From Bdellovibrionota bacterium (GTDB lineage: Bacteria > Bdellovibrionota_C > UBA2361 > OMIW01), in NCBI GenBank assembly GCA_044345055.1, contig JBIJBT010000036.1, positions 1-25,951 of the forward strand: a stretch of 25,951 nt of DNA. Reading direction: 5' to 3'. This document shows positions 17,484-25,951 of this stretch, one piece after another; within the stretch, counting starts at the first letter, position 1, and each line of letters begins with the position of its first letter. The position numbers and the translations under genes were made by a program. The notes under the pieces are model-generated. The model had not been told where the DNA came from. It saw only the letters and a program-made list of their open reading frames with translations, and did no database searches.

Positions 17484-20195
17484 ATGACACTCTCAAACGC
17501 TGATTTCTTGCGCTCTTTCGGAACAAATATTGCGCCAGCTCATACTGCGGCGACGCACAGTCTCTACTCACTTCCTCTCCTTGAGGAAAAAGGGTGGGGC
17601 GCGATCAAGAAGCTTCCTGTTTCAATTCGTATCGTTCTTGAATCGTTGCTCCGAAATTGGGACGGGACGCGAGTCTCTGAGGAGCATGTTCGAGCGTTGA
17701 GCAGTTGGCAGCCCAACGGGGCGCGACAAGAAGAGATCCCGTTTGTAGTTGCTCGGGTGCTTTTACAGGATCTCACCGGTGTTCCGCTTGGTGTTGACCT
17801 TGCCGCGATGCGGAGCGCCGTCGAGCGACTCGGCAAAAATCCAGCAATGATTGAGCCGCTCGTTCCGGTCGATCTTGTCGTTGATCACTCCGTTCAGGTC
17901 GATTTTTCGAGTCAGGCTGATGCTTACTTAAAAAATCTCTCGATGGAGTTTGGACGCAATCAGGAGCGGTACCAATTTCTAAAGTGGTGCATGGAATCGT
18001 TCAAGAGCTTCAGAGTCATCCCACCAGGAATCGGCATCTGCCATCAGGTAAACCTCGAATATCTCGGTCAAGGAGTGCTCACCTCTGGCTCCGTTGTTTA
18101 TCCCGACACACTTGTCGGCACCGACTCCCACACAACGATGATAAATGGATTAGGAACTGTGGGCTGGGGCGTTGGGGGAATTGAGGCAGAGGCAGCGATG
18201 CTCGGTCAACCTGTATATATGCTTACCCCAGATGTCGTCGGTGTTCATGTATCTGGAAGACTTCGAGAGGGAGTAACCGCAACCGATCTTGTTCTCCATG
18301 TCACCGAGATGCTCCGCAAAGCAAAAGTTGTCGGCAAATTTGTTGAATTTCACGGCGAAGGAGCTCGCTCACTTTCAGTTCCCGATCGCGCAACGATCGC
18401 AAATATGGCTCCCGAATACGGCGCCACAATGGGATTTTTCCCGATCGACGAACGGACCTGCGAGTATCTACTCGCTACAGGACGCACCCCTGAAACCGTC
18501 GCTCTTGTCCGAGCCTATTACGAGGCGCAAGGAATGTTCGGCATCCCTCTTGCCGGAGAGTGTGCCTACACCACCGTTATTGAACTCGATCTCGCAACGG
18601 TAAACCCGAGCGTTGCAGGACCAAAACGCCCGCAAGATAGAATCGATCTTAGCGCCGTTGTAACCCGCTTCCGAGAGGCGTTTCATAAGCCAGTTGCTGA
18701 GAGTGGATTCGGTAAAAACGCTGAGGATCTCACTGTTCGTCATTCAGTTCCTGAACATAGCGAAACCCTCGGACACGGAGATATTCTTATTGCCGCGATT
18801 ACTTCGTGCACAAACACATCAAATCCAAGCGTCATGCTCGCTGCTGGTCTTCTCGCGAAAAAAGCGGTTGAAAAAGGGCTAAAACGTGCCCCTTTTGTGA
18901 AAGCTTCGCTTGCTCCAGGATCGCGCGTAGTCACGGAATATCTAGAAAAAACCGGCCTGCAACCGCACCTCGATGCGCTTGGCTTCAATCTGGTCGGCTA
19001 TGGATGTACGACCTGTATCGGCAACTCTGGCCCACTCGATCCAGCGATCGAATCGGTTATTCAGAAAAACGATCTCGTCACAGTGAGCGCGCTCTCGGGC
19101 AATCGCAATTTTGAGGCGCGCGTTCATCAACATATCAAGGCAAACTTTCTGGTGAGCCCTCCCCTTGTTGTCGCGTATGCTATCGCCGGATCAATACTGA
19201 CAGACCTGACCAATGATCCGATTGGTACCTCAACATCTGGCGAAGCGGTGTATCTGCGGGATATATGGCCCTCATCAGAAGAGATCGAGGCCCTCATGCA
19301 ATCAGCGATGGATCCCGCAACATATCAGCGACTCTACACCGGCTTTGAAAATCAAAATCCCCTCTGGCAAGAGGTCCCCGCTCCGCACGGGTCTCTTTAT
19401 GCATGGGACACAGATTCCACCTATATTCAGGAACCGCCGTATTTTGACCATTTCTCGACAACCCCCTCACCTGTGCGCAACATCTCAGGTGCTAGGATCC
19501 TGCTGATGGTTGGCGATTCCGTAACAACCGATCACATCAGCCCCGCTGGTTCAATAAAACCATCCTCGGCCGCAGGTACTTATCTTATCAACAAGGGTGT
19601 ATCGCGCGAAAACTTTAATAGTTACGGCGCACGGCGAGGTAATCACGAGGTGATGGTACGCGGAACCTTCGCGAATGTTCGTATTAAGAACAAAATTATT
19701 CCCGGTTCAGAGGGGCCCGTGACCCGACACTTTCCCACCAATGATGAGCTCAGCATCTACGATGCATCTCTTCGCTATCAAACCGATGGAGTTCCCCTCG
19801 TTGTTTTTGCGGGCCAAGAGTATGGTACCGGAAGCTCTCGAGACTGGGCAGCAAAGGGAACTCGCCTTCTCGGTGTAAAGGCGGTCATCGCGCAGAGCTT
19901 TGAGAGGATTCACCGCAGCAACCTCATAGGCATGGGAGTTCTTCCGTGTCAGTTTATTGAGGGGCAGAGCGCGGAAACGCTCGGGATAAAGGGCGATGAA
20001 AAGATCTCCCTCTCTGGAATCGAAGGAGACTCCCTCGCTCCCCGAAAAGAGCTTCAGCTCTCCATCACCCGCGCCGATGACTCGATGATCTACACAACAG
20101 TGATACTCCGAATAGATACCCCGATTGAGGTTGAGTACTACCGAAGCGGTGGAATACTTCCGTATGTTTTGGGAGAGCTGCTGAAAACAGCATAG
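17484..20195 (+). CDS. acnA: Aconitate hydratase A
   Basis: [74 protein letters not shown]. Start re-assigned to ATG 17484 after AGGA. Confidence 0.98.
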   Translation: MTLSNADFLRSFGTNIAPAHTAATHSLYSLPLLEEKGWGAIKKLPVSIRIVLESLLRNWDGTRVSEEHVRALSSWQPNGARQEEIPFVVARVLLQDLTGVPLGVDLAAMRSAVERLGKNPAMIEPLVPVDLVVDHSVQVDFSSQADAYLKNLSMEFGRNQERYQFLKWCMESFKSFRVIPPGIGICHQVNLEYLGQGVLTSGSVVYPDTLVGTDSHTTMINGLGTVGWGVGGIEAEAAMLGQPVYMLTPDVVGVHVSGRLREGVTATDLVLHVTEMLRKAKVVGKFVEFHGEGARSLSVPDRATIANMAPEYGATMGFFPIDERTCEYLLATGRTPETVALVRAYYEAQGMFGIPLAGECAYTTVIELDLATVNPSVAGPKRPQDRIDLSAVVTRFREAFHKPVAESGFGKNAEDLTVRHSVPEHSETLGHGDILIAAITSCTNTSNPSVMLAAGLLAKKAVEKGLKRAPFVKASLAPGSRVVTEYLEKTGLQPHLDALGFNLVGYGCTTCIGNSGPLDPAIESVIQKNDLVTVSALSGNRNFEARVHQHIKANFLVSPPLVVAYAIAGSILTDLTNDPIGTSTSGEAVYLRDIWPSSEEIEALMQSAMDPATYQRLYTGFENQNPLWQEVPAPHGSLYAWDTDSTYIQEPPYFDHFSTTPSPVRNISGARILLMVGDSVTTDHISPAGSIKPSSAAGTYLINKGVSRENFNSYGARRGNHEVMVRGTFANVRIKNKIIPGSEGPVTRHFPTNDELSIYDASLRYQTDGVPLVVFAGQEYGTGSSRDWAAKGTRLLGVKAVIAQSFERIHRSNLIGMGVLPCQFIEGQSAETLGIKGDEKISLSGIEGDSLAPRKELQLSITRADDSMIYTTVILRIDTPIEVEYYRSGGILPYVLGELLKTA

Positions 20196-20220
20196 GAGAG
20201 CGCGCCGCTACCGATGCATT

Positions 20221-20301
20221 AAATCGGGGGAATCTTTAGTTCTTCCTGAAAAATCCCTCCATGGGTTCTGCAGGGAGAACTATTCACGAAACCCCCGATT
20301 T
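20221..20301 (+). other. 81-nt multi-segment stem-loop downstream of acnA
   Basis: AAATCGGGGG (20221-30) pairs with CCCCCGATTT (20292-301); TAGTTCTTCCTG (20237-48) pairs with CAGGGAGAACTA (20271-82); short apical stem. Confidence 0.75.
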
Positions 20302-20341
20302 TCGGCCAAAAACAGTCGAAATATTATATCAAAATATATTG

Positions 20342-21250
20342 ATGGACCATTCCATCCCTTTCTCCCAACCGTTTCAGATTGATCTAGCCATCCCCGCTCT
20401 GATCGGTTTTTCTGATTTCATTGGGTGTTGGTTCATGCGGACTGAGTGCGGGTTTATCCTCGTTGATCCAGGCCCAACAGCAACTATCCCAACCGTCGTA
20501 GCTTACTTAAAGCAACAGGGCATCTCCTCTCTTGCTGCTATTCTCCTCACCCACATCCATGTCGATCACGCAGGTGGTGTCGGCACTCTCTCAGCGCTTT
20601 ATCCAGAGACTCCCATCATCTGCCCCGCTCGCTCGATTCCTCACCTTATCGACCCCGCACGCCTCGAGCAATCCTCGCGCACCGTCCTTGGTCCCTTAAT
20701 GGACCACTACGGCCCGATTAACCCCGTACCCGAACATTCCCTATCGCCCGCCGAATCAAGCCCGTGGGGAGCCATTTCGACACCGGGGCACTCCCCCGAC
20801 CACACCGCCTACCTCATCAACGGCTTCCTCTTCTGTGGCGAAGCGCTCGGCGTTATCTGCGCTCTAAAATCATCAACCTACCGCCGCCCCGCAACTCCTC
20901 CTCGCTTTGAAAAAAAGGCTTATCTAGAATCAATAGCAAAATTGGAAGCAGTAAAGCTTCACAGCGCATCGGCTCAAAGTGCAGCGCCTCATACTGCATG
21001 TTTTGGACATTTCGGTTCACTCGACTGGAGCGACTCTATCTGTGCTGAGAGTAGAGCCCAGATAGAGTTGTGGATTGATATAATCGCTTCAGATCCAACT
21101 GCATCAGATGAAACAATAATCGGACAGCTTCTAAAAGAAGACCCTCTATATGCAGAGTGGCGGCATCTTCCGGAATCAATACGGGAGCGTGAGATGATCT
21201 TTGTCAAAAACAGCGTGAGCGGGATTCGAGATTATGTGAAGAGACAGTAA
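20342..21250 (+). CDS. MBL-fold metallo-hydrolase
   Basis: LVDPGP, THIHVDHAGG (HxHxDH), TPGHSPDH, FCGEA, FGHFG. Start is uncertain (ATG 20342 preferred over 20261, which lies inside the hairpin). Confidence 0.9.
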   Translation: MDHSIPFSQPFQIDLAIPALIGFSDFIGCWFMRTECGFILVDPGPTATIPTVVAYLKQQGISSLAAILLTHIHVDHAGGVGTLSALYPETPIICPARSIPHLIDPARLEQSSRTVLGPLMDHYGPINPVPEHSLSPAESSPWGAISTPGHSPDHTAYLINGFLFCGEALGVICALKSSTYRRPATPPRFEKKAYLESIAKLEAVKLHSASAQSAAPHTACFGHFGSLDWSDSICAESRAQIELWIDIIASDPTASDETIIGQLLKEDPLYAEWRHLPESIREREMIFVKNSVSGIRDYVKRQ

Positions 21251-21285
21251 AGGTTCGGGTGTTCGCAGAAGCATCGTCCAACTTC

Positions 21286-22320
21286 TTACGCTTTTCCTCG
21301 CATCCGTAACGCCACACCGACCAATCCCAGCATAACAGGCACCTCTACAAGTGGCCCTATCACAGCAGCGAAAGCAGCTCCGGAATTAATCCCAAAAACC
21401 GCTATCGCAATAGCGATGGCAAGTTCGAAATTATTGCTCGCCGCAGTAAACGAAACGGTACAGCAACGTTTATAATCAATACCGAGCCGCGTTGCGATGA
21501 AAAAGGTCGCACCAAACATCACAACGAAGAAGAGAATCAACGGTATCGCGATCGTTATTACATCAAACGGAATTGATACAATCAATCTTCCCTTTAGGCT
21601 AAACATCACCAATATCGTGAAGATCAACGAACCGAGCGTTAAGAGACCAAGCCTTGGGAGAAACTGCTCGTTGTACCACTCCTCTGAGACAAATCTAAGA
21701 AGCACTACCCGAGTAATAATTCCTGCAAAGCACGGGACTCCAAGATATATCGCAACGCTCTGAGCTATCTCCCCCATCGACACCGGCACCACAGATCCAG
21801 TGAATCCAAAAAGAGGGGGAAGCACAGTAAGAAATAGATAAGCGTATAAGCTAAAAAAAAGAACCTGAAAGAGAGCATTAAATGCGACTAAAGCAGCTGC
21901 ATATTCAGCAGATCCCTTTGCAAGATCATTCCAGACAATCACCATCGCGATACACGGCGCAATCCCTACTAAGATAAGACCTGCCATATAATCGGGATGA
22001 TTAGGAACGCAGGTAATCGCAAGAAGAAACATCAGGATAGGTGCTACCACCCAGTTCAAAAAGAGCGCGAGTCCAAACAGCTGCGTGTCACGAAACACTC
22101 TCGGAAGCTCTCGATATTTCACCTTCGCAAAAGGGGGATACATCATAACTATTAACCCAATCGCGATCGGAATATTCGTTGTCCCGATCTGGAATCGATT
22201 AATAAGATTCTCAACCCCGGGGAAAAAGAATCCAAGACCGACACCGATCGCCATTGCAAGAAATATCCAAACGGTGAGATACCGATCGATAAAGGAGAGT
22301 TTTGCTGATTGCTCGCTCAT
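21286..22320 (-). CDS. acr3: Acr3-family arsenite efflux transporter
   Basis: [43 protein letters not shown]. Confidence 0.96.
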   Translation of the reverse strand: MSEQSAKLSFIDRYLTVWIFLAMAIGVGLGFFFPGVENLINRFQIGTTNIPIAIGLIVMMYPPFAKVKYRELPRVFRDTQLFGLALFLNWVVAPILMFLLAITCVPNHPDYMAGLILVGIAPCIAMVIVWNDLAKGSAEYAAALVAFNALFQVLFFSLYAYLFLTVLPPLFGFTGSVVPVSMGEIAQSVAIYLGVPCFAGIITRVVLLRFVSEEWYNEQFLPRLGLLTLGSLIFTILVMFSLKGRLIVSIPFDVITIAIPLILFFVVMFGATFFIATRLGIDYKRCCTVSFTAASNNFELAIAIAIAVFGINSGAAFAAVIGPLVEVPVMLGLVGVALRMRGKA

Positions 22321-22811
22321 AACCGTTCAAGCTCCCCGATTGCGTGTCGTAATTCCGCACATTCAAGATCTTCAAGCGGCATCTTGGCGAGTCGCTCTAT
22401 TCGAGCCTTTAATCCACCCATCACCTCTAAAAAAGCCGCCCGCTTCAAATAATCATCCCCTAAAACTCCCGAAGGATCCTTAAACCCCCAATGTCCAACA
22501 ACTGGCATCCCAACCCACACCGGACACACCTCGGTCGCGGCAGCATCACAAACAGTGATTACGATATCGATCTTCGGCGCATCTGGATGAGCAAACTCAT
22601 CCCAGCTCTTCGAGCGAAGCTGCTCAACTGGATAACCCAACTCACCCGCAATCTCGACCGCAAAGGGATTCACCACACCACTAGGCGTTGAGCCCGCCGA
22701 GAATCCGACGAATCTTCCCCCACCAAAGGTGGTTGCAACGATCTCACCCAGTATCGAACGAGCAGAGTTATGAGTACATAAAAAGAGGATATTGTAACGC
22801 TTCATCGACAT
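22317..22811 (-). CDS. arsC: Arsenate reductase, LMW-PTP fold
   Basis: P-loop [32 protein letters not shown] (resolving Cys pair), HWGFKDP. Start at 22811 or 22805 (ATGA overlap with the arsR stop). Confidence 0.93.
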   Translation of the reverse strand: MSMKRYNILFLCTHNSARSILGEIVATTFGGGRFVGFSAGSTPSGVVNPFAVEIAGELGYPVEQLRSKSWDEFAHPDAPKIDIVITVCDAAATEVCPVWVGMPVVGHWGFKDPSGVLGDDYLKRAAFLEVMGGLKARIERLAKMPLEDLECAELRHAIGELERL

Positions 22812-23128
22812 GTTCTCTTCTTCACCGGTTTTGGTCGACAATCTCGTCCTCCACAGCAATTTTTCAGCAGAAATTCCATCAAAGACTCCACCGTTTCAGG
22901 ACGAGGGCGATAGGTAAGATGCCGACCCTCTCGATCGACTGACACAAGACCAGCCTGAAACAGCTCCTTGAGATGAAACGACAACGTTGCTGACGGAATA
23001 TCGAGAGCTTCACTTATCTCAAGAGGACGAATACCAACTGAACCGTGTTCAACGATAAGCCGAAAAACAGCCAGCCGATTAAGCTGACCTAAGGCAACGA
23101 GTGCATCGACGACCTCTTGTGATTCCAT
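22802..23128 (-). CDS. arsR: ArsR/SmtB repressor with C-terminal CC-x4-C arsenite site
   Basis: RLAVFRLIV, TLSFHLKEL, REGR, NCCGGRDC; heads the ars operon. Confidence 0.94.
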   Translation of the reverse strand: MESQEVVDALVALGQLNRLAVFRLIVEHGSVGIRPLEISEALDIPSATLSFHLKELFQAGLVSVDREGRHLTYRPRPETVESLMEFLLKNCCGGRDCRPKPVKKRTCR

Positions 23129-23155
23129 AGTTCTATAACTATCAAATTATTGAAG
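23127..23155 (-). promoter_or_regulatory. Probable ArsR operator/promoter abutting the arsR start
   Basis: Inverted repeats ATAGTT-ctat-AACTAT (23127-23142) and TTCAATAAT...GTTATAGAA on the minus strand; no SD before the ATG. Confidence 0.5.
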
Positions 23156-23157
23156 AT

Positions 23158-23191
23158 GAAGAAAGGGGGGAGCAGCAGCACTAATCCCCCC
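23158..23191 (-). terminator. Probable intrinsic terminator after glmS
   Basis: GGGGGGA / TCCCCCC stem with a 13-nt loop, followed by TTTCTT on the minus strand. Confidence 0.55.
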
Positions 23192-23202
23192 CCAAAAAAA
23201 AT

Positions 23203-25053
23203 CTACTCAACAGTCACACTCTTTGCGAGATTTCTTGGTTGATCGATATCGTGGCCGCGCCGCTCCGCGATCCAGTAGCCAAGAAGATGCATCGGGATCG
23301 CAGTAATAAAGGGCTGTATCAGTTTAGGCACCTGCGGAATACCGATAAAATCATCGGAGAGCGCTTCAAGCTCTGAATCACCCTCCGTACCAACCGCTAG
23401 AATTTTACCTCCGCGAGCCCTAATTTCCGCGATATTGCTGATAGTCTTTTCAACATAACTGTCTCGCGGTGCCAAGACCACTGTGGTGAGCTGTTCATCA
23501 ATCAGTGCTATTGGTCCATGCTTCATCTCACCACCTGCGTACGCCTCGGCAAAAAGGTACGCAAGCTCTTTAACTTTTAGTGCCCCTTCACACGCGACCG
23601 GCCACTGTGGGCCTCGGCCAATAAAGCTGAGAGCAGGAACCTGATAAATCTTCGATGCCACAGCCTCGACAGCACTCGACACCGCTAATGTCTGCTCGAC
23701 ATACGCTGGGGCACTCAATAACTCCTCGGCGTACTGAGCTAACCTCCGACCCGAAATAGTTCCCTTCTCTTGAGCTACCGCAAGTCCAAGCAGAAATAAC
23801 GCCGCCATCTGAGCCGAAAACGCCTTCGTGCTCGCCACGCCAACCTCTGGCCCCGCCATCAAACGACATTCAGCGTGACACGCAAGTGCGATGGAGCTTC
23901 CCTGAGCATTCACCATCCCCAATCCACGAGCACCCCGCTCCATTGCGTGCCGAACAGCAAAAAGGGTGTCGATCGTCTCACCACTTTGCGAAATCGCAAC
24001 AGTCAGTGTTCCTGGCCGGACCGTGCTCGCCCGATACCGATATTCACTCGCGAGGTCTGTCTCAACCGGTACTCCGGTCATCTGTTCGATAACGTATCGA
24101 CCAACCTGAGCTGCATAATAGCTCGTTCCACACGCAACAAGCTGAATCCGATCAACCGATGCAAGATCGAGCGCTTCAAAACCACACTTTGCAAGATCCA
24201 CCGGCCTCTCTGTTGCAGATAATCGACCTGCAAGAGTTTCCCGAATGGCAATCGGATGCTCATGAATTTCCTTCAACATAAAGTGGGGATATCCACCTTT
24301 GTCGAGCATTTCAGGAGACCAATTAACCTCAAAAAAATCTCTCTCAACTGGCGCACCTGTACGATCAAAAACCGTAATAGCTTGATCGCTGAGAACCGCA
24401 ACATCACCATCAAGCAACATCACCACATCATGAGTATGCTCTACCAATGCAGCGATACCACTCGCCAGATAGTTCTCTCCCTCACCTCTTCCAAGCGCAA
24501 GAGGCGATCCATATTTTGCGGCGTAAAGAATGCCGGGGGTTTCCTGACAGAGAATCGCAAAGGCATACGCTCCTTTGAGTTCTCGGATCGTTCGAACAAG
24601 TGCCTCTTTCATCCGCTCTTGCGGTACCATCTGATCGCCAAGATCTGTGTACCACCGATTAAGTAGATGAACGACCACCTCAGTATCGGTCTCACTCAGA
24701 AACGTAAAACCCTCACCCTCAAGCCGCGCCCGAAGCTCGGCATGATTTTCAATAATCCCATTATGAAGCAACGTAATTGGGCCCGATTGATGCGGATGAG
24801 CGTTCGTCACCGAGGGTCGACCATGGGTCGCCCATCTCGTATGTCCAATCCCCGTTGAAGATCGCTCTGGCAAGGTATCGAGTAGCTGTTCAAGTGCTGA
24901 GAGCTTTCCCTCAGCCTTAACAACCCGAATCTCTCTCTCGGTGGACATCGCAATACCGGCAGAGTCGTAACCTCGATACTCAAGCCGCTTGAGACCCTCA
25001 AAAAAGAATCTAGGCGTTGCTCCCTTTCCGACGTATCCAATAACTCCACACAT
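23203..25053 (-). CDS. glmS: Glutamine--fructose-6-phosphate aminotransferase
   Basis: MCGVIG, LEYRGYDSAG, GHTRWATHG, HNGIIEN, SQSGET, VASTKAF, EMKHGP, terminal PRNLAKSVTVE. Confidence 0.98.
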   Translation of the reverse strand: MCGVIGYVGKGATPRFFFEGLKRLEYRGYDSAGIAMSTEREIRVVKAEGKLSALEQLLDTLPERSSTGIGHTRWATHGRPSVTNAHPHQSGPITLLHNGIIENHAELRARLEGEGFTFLSETDTEVVVHLLNRWYTDLGDQMVPQERMKEALVRTIRELKGAYAFAILCQETPGILYAAKYGSPLALGRGEGENYLASGIAALVEHTHDVVMLLDGDVAVLSDQAITVFDRTGAPVERDFFEVNWSPEMLDKGGYPHFMLKEIHEHPIAIRETLAGRLSATERPVDLAKCGFEALDLASVDRIQLVACGTSYYAAQVGRYVIEQMTGVPVETDLASEYRYRASTVRPGTLTVAISQSGETIDTLFAVRHAMERGARGLGMVNAQGSSIALACHAECRLMAGPEVGVASTKAFSAQMAALFLLGLAVAQEKGTISGRRLAQYAEELLSAPAYVEQTLAVSSAVEAVASKIYQVPALSFIGRGPQWPVACEGALKVKELAYLFAEAYAGGEMKHGPIALIDEQLTTVVLAPRDSYVEKTISNIAEIRARGGKILAVGTEGDSELEALSDDFIGIPQVPKLIQPFITAIPMHLLGYWIAERRGHDIDQPRNLAKSVTVE

Positions 25054-25116
25054 ATCACCCTCCCTAAGTAGTAACCGAAACGCGGGATACTACGAAATTT
25101 TTTTTCTTCCCTCTTT

Positions 25117-25797
25117 CTAAGAATCTCCGAATAGAAGATGCTCAAGTCCAAACACCAACGAATCAAGCTGCGGCGCCATCCGACACGCCAGCGTCACTCC
25201 GGGCATGAAACACGATCGATCAACTGAATCGTGAGCAATCGTGAGGGTCTCTCCTACTCCCCCAAATAAAACTCGCTGAGAGGCCACGTATCCCGGCAAT
25301 CGAACCGAATGAATCGGCGGCTCGCTCCCTGAAACACCCGCCATCAATTCAGCTGTTCGCTTAGCTGTTCCTGAGGGGGCATCTTTTTTATGCGGATGAT
25401 GCAGTTCAACTATCTCAGCTGAAGGTAGATGCCGCGCACAGAGCTCCGCCATCTTCATCATCAATACCGCTCCAACCGAAAAGTTTGGAGCAACGATACC
25501 GCCAAGTCCCTTTTCTTTTGCGACTACACTCAACCGATCAAACAGATCCTGATCAAACCCACTGGTCCCAATAACTGGGCGCGAGCCAGATTCCAGAATT
25601 AAACGACCATGATCAAATCCAAGTCCTGCCACAGTAAAATCCACCGTCACCTGAGGACGATGATCTCGTAAAGCTGCACCAATATCGTCATCTTTATCCA
25701 ACGCTGCCACTAACTCGAGCGATGGATCATTTCGTATCGCCTCAACGGAATACCGCCCCATCGAGCCACTCGCACCAATAACTGCAACAGAAATCAT
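25117..25797 (-). CDS. dapB: 4-hydroxy-tetrahydrodipicolinate reductase
   Basis: VAVIGASGSMG, VDFT, VIGTSG, APNFSVG, ELHHPHKKDAPSGTA, IHSVR. Start re-assigned to ATG 25797 after AAGGGAG. Confidence 0.96.
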   Translation of the reverse strand: MISVAVIGASGSMGRYSVEAIRNDPSLELVAALDKDDDIGAALRDHRPQVTVDFTVAGLGFDHGRLILESGSRPVIGTSGFDQDLFDRLSVVAKEKGLGGIVAPNFSVGAVLMMKMAELCARHLPSAEIVELHHPHKKDAPSGTAKRTAELMAGVSGSEPPIHSVRLPGYVASQRVLFGGVGETLTIAHDSVDRSCFMPGVTLACRMAPQLDSLVFGLEHLLFGDS

Positions 25798-25951
25798 TTC
25801 ATCTCCCTTTGAGCGACCCAAATCAGCGGCACGCAAAACATTACATAGTGCTCCCTGAAAAAGAGTGTAATTACCTAATCTTGCTTTTAAAAATACGATT
25901 TTTAAAAGCAAGATTTTGCAACTTTTTGAGCAGCTATGCTCAGAAAGTTGC

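Noticed and set aside
25054..25116. glmS ribozyme upstream of glmS
   Set aside because: The dapB-glmS gap is only 63 nt and lacks the conserved core; only a small GTAGTA/TACTAC hairpin is present.
1..25951. CRISPR array, transposase/integrase, prophage, defence genes, and the many short antisense or alternate-frame ORFs
   Set aside because: No regularly spaced repeat-spacer pattern or relevant protein motifs were seen; the short ORFs lie inside well-supported genes.

Overview
Bacterial chromosomal window, mostly housekeeping genes, with no transposase, phage, CRISPR or rRNA genes. Contents in order: a 5'-truncated Wzc/CapB-like polysaccharide co-polymerase with a degenerate tyrosine-kinase domain; a minus-strand operon pdxS-pdxT-SAM methyltransferase-iron/B12-type ABC ATPase-permease-murI; a 182-bp rod-like palindrome next to tRNA-Gln(CTG); a TPR lipoprotein and a LolB/DUF4292-like lipoprotein; an orphan ABC ATPase; thiolase; trmB; anmK; four uncharacterised ORFs, one resembling a stand-alone subtilisin-propeptide (I9) inhibitor; acnA; an MBL-fold hydrolase; arsR-arsC-acr3; glmS; dapB. 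The most unusual signals are the palindrome (MITE-like repeat or structured RNA) with the structured pdxS leader beside it, the BY-kinase lacking its tyrosine cluster, and the I9-like protein. I found no clear-cut new multi-gene system. All family assignments come from motif recognition by eye, not database searches.
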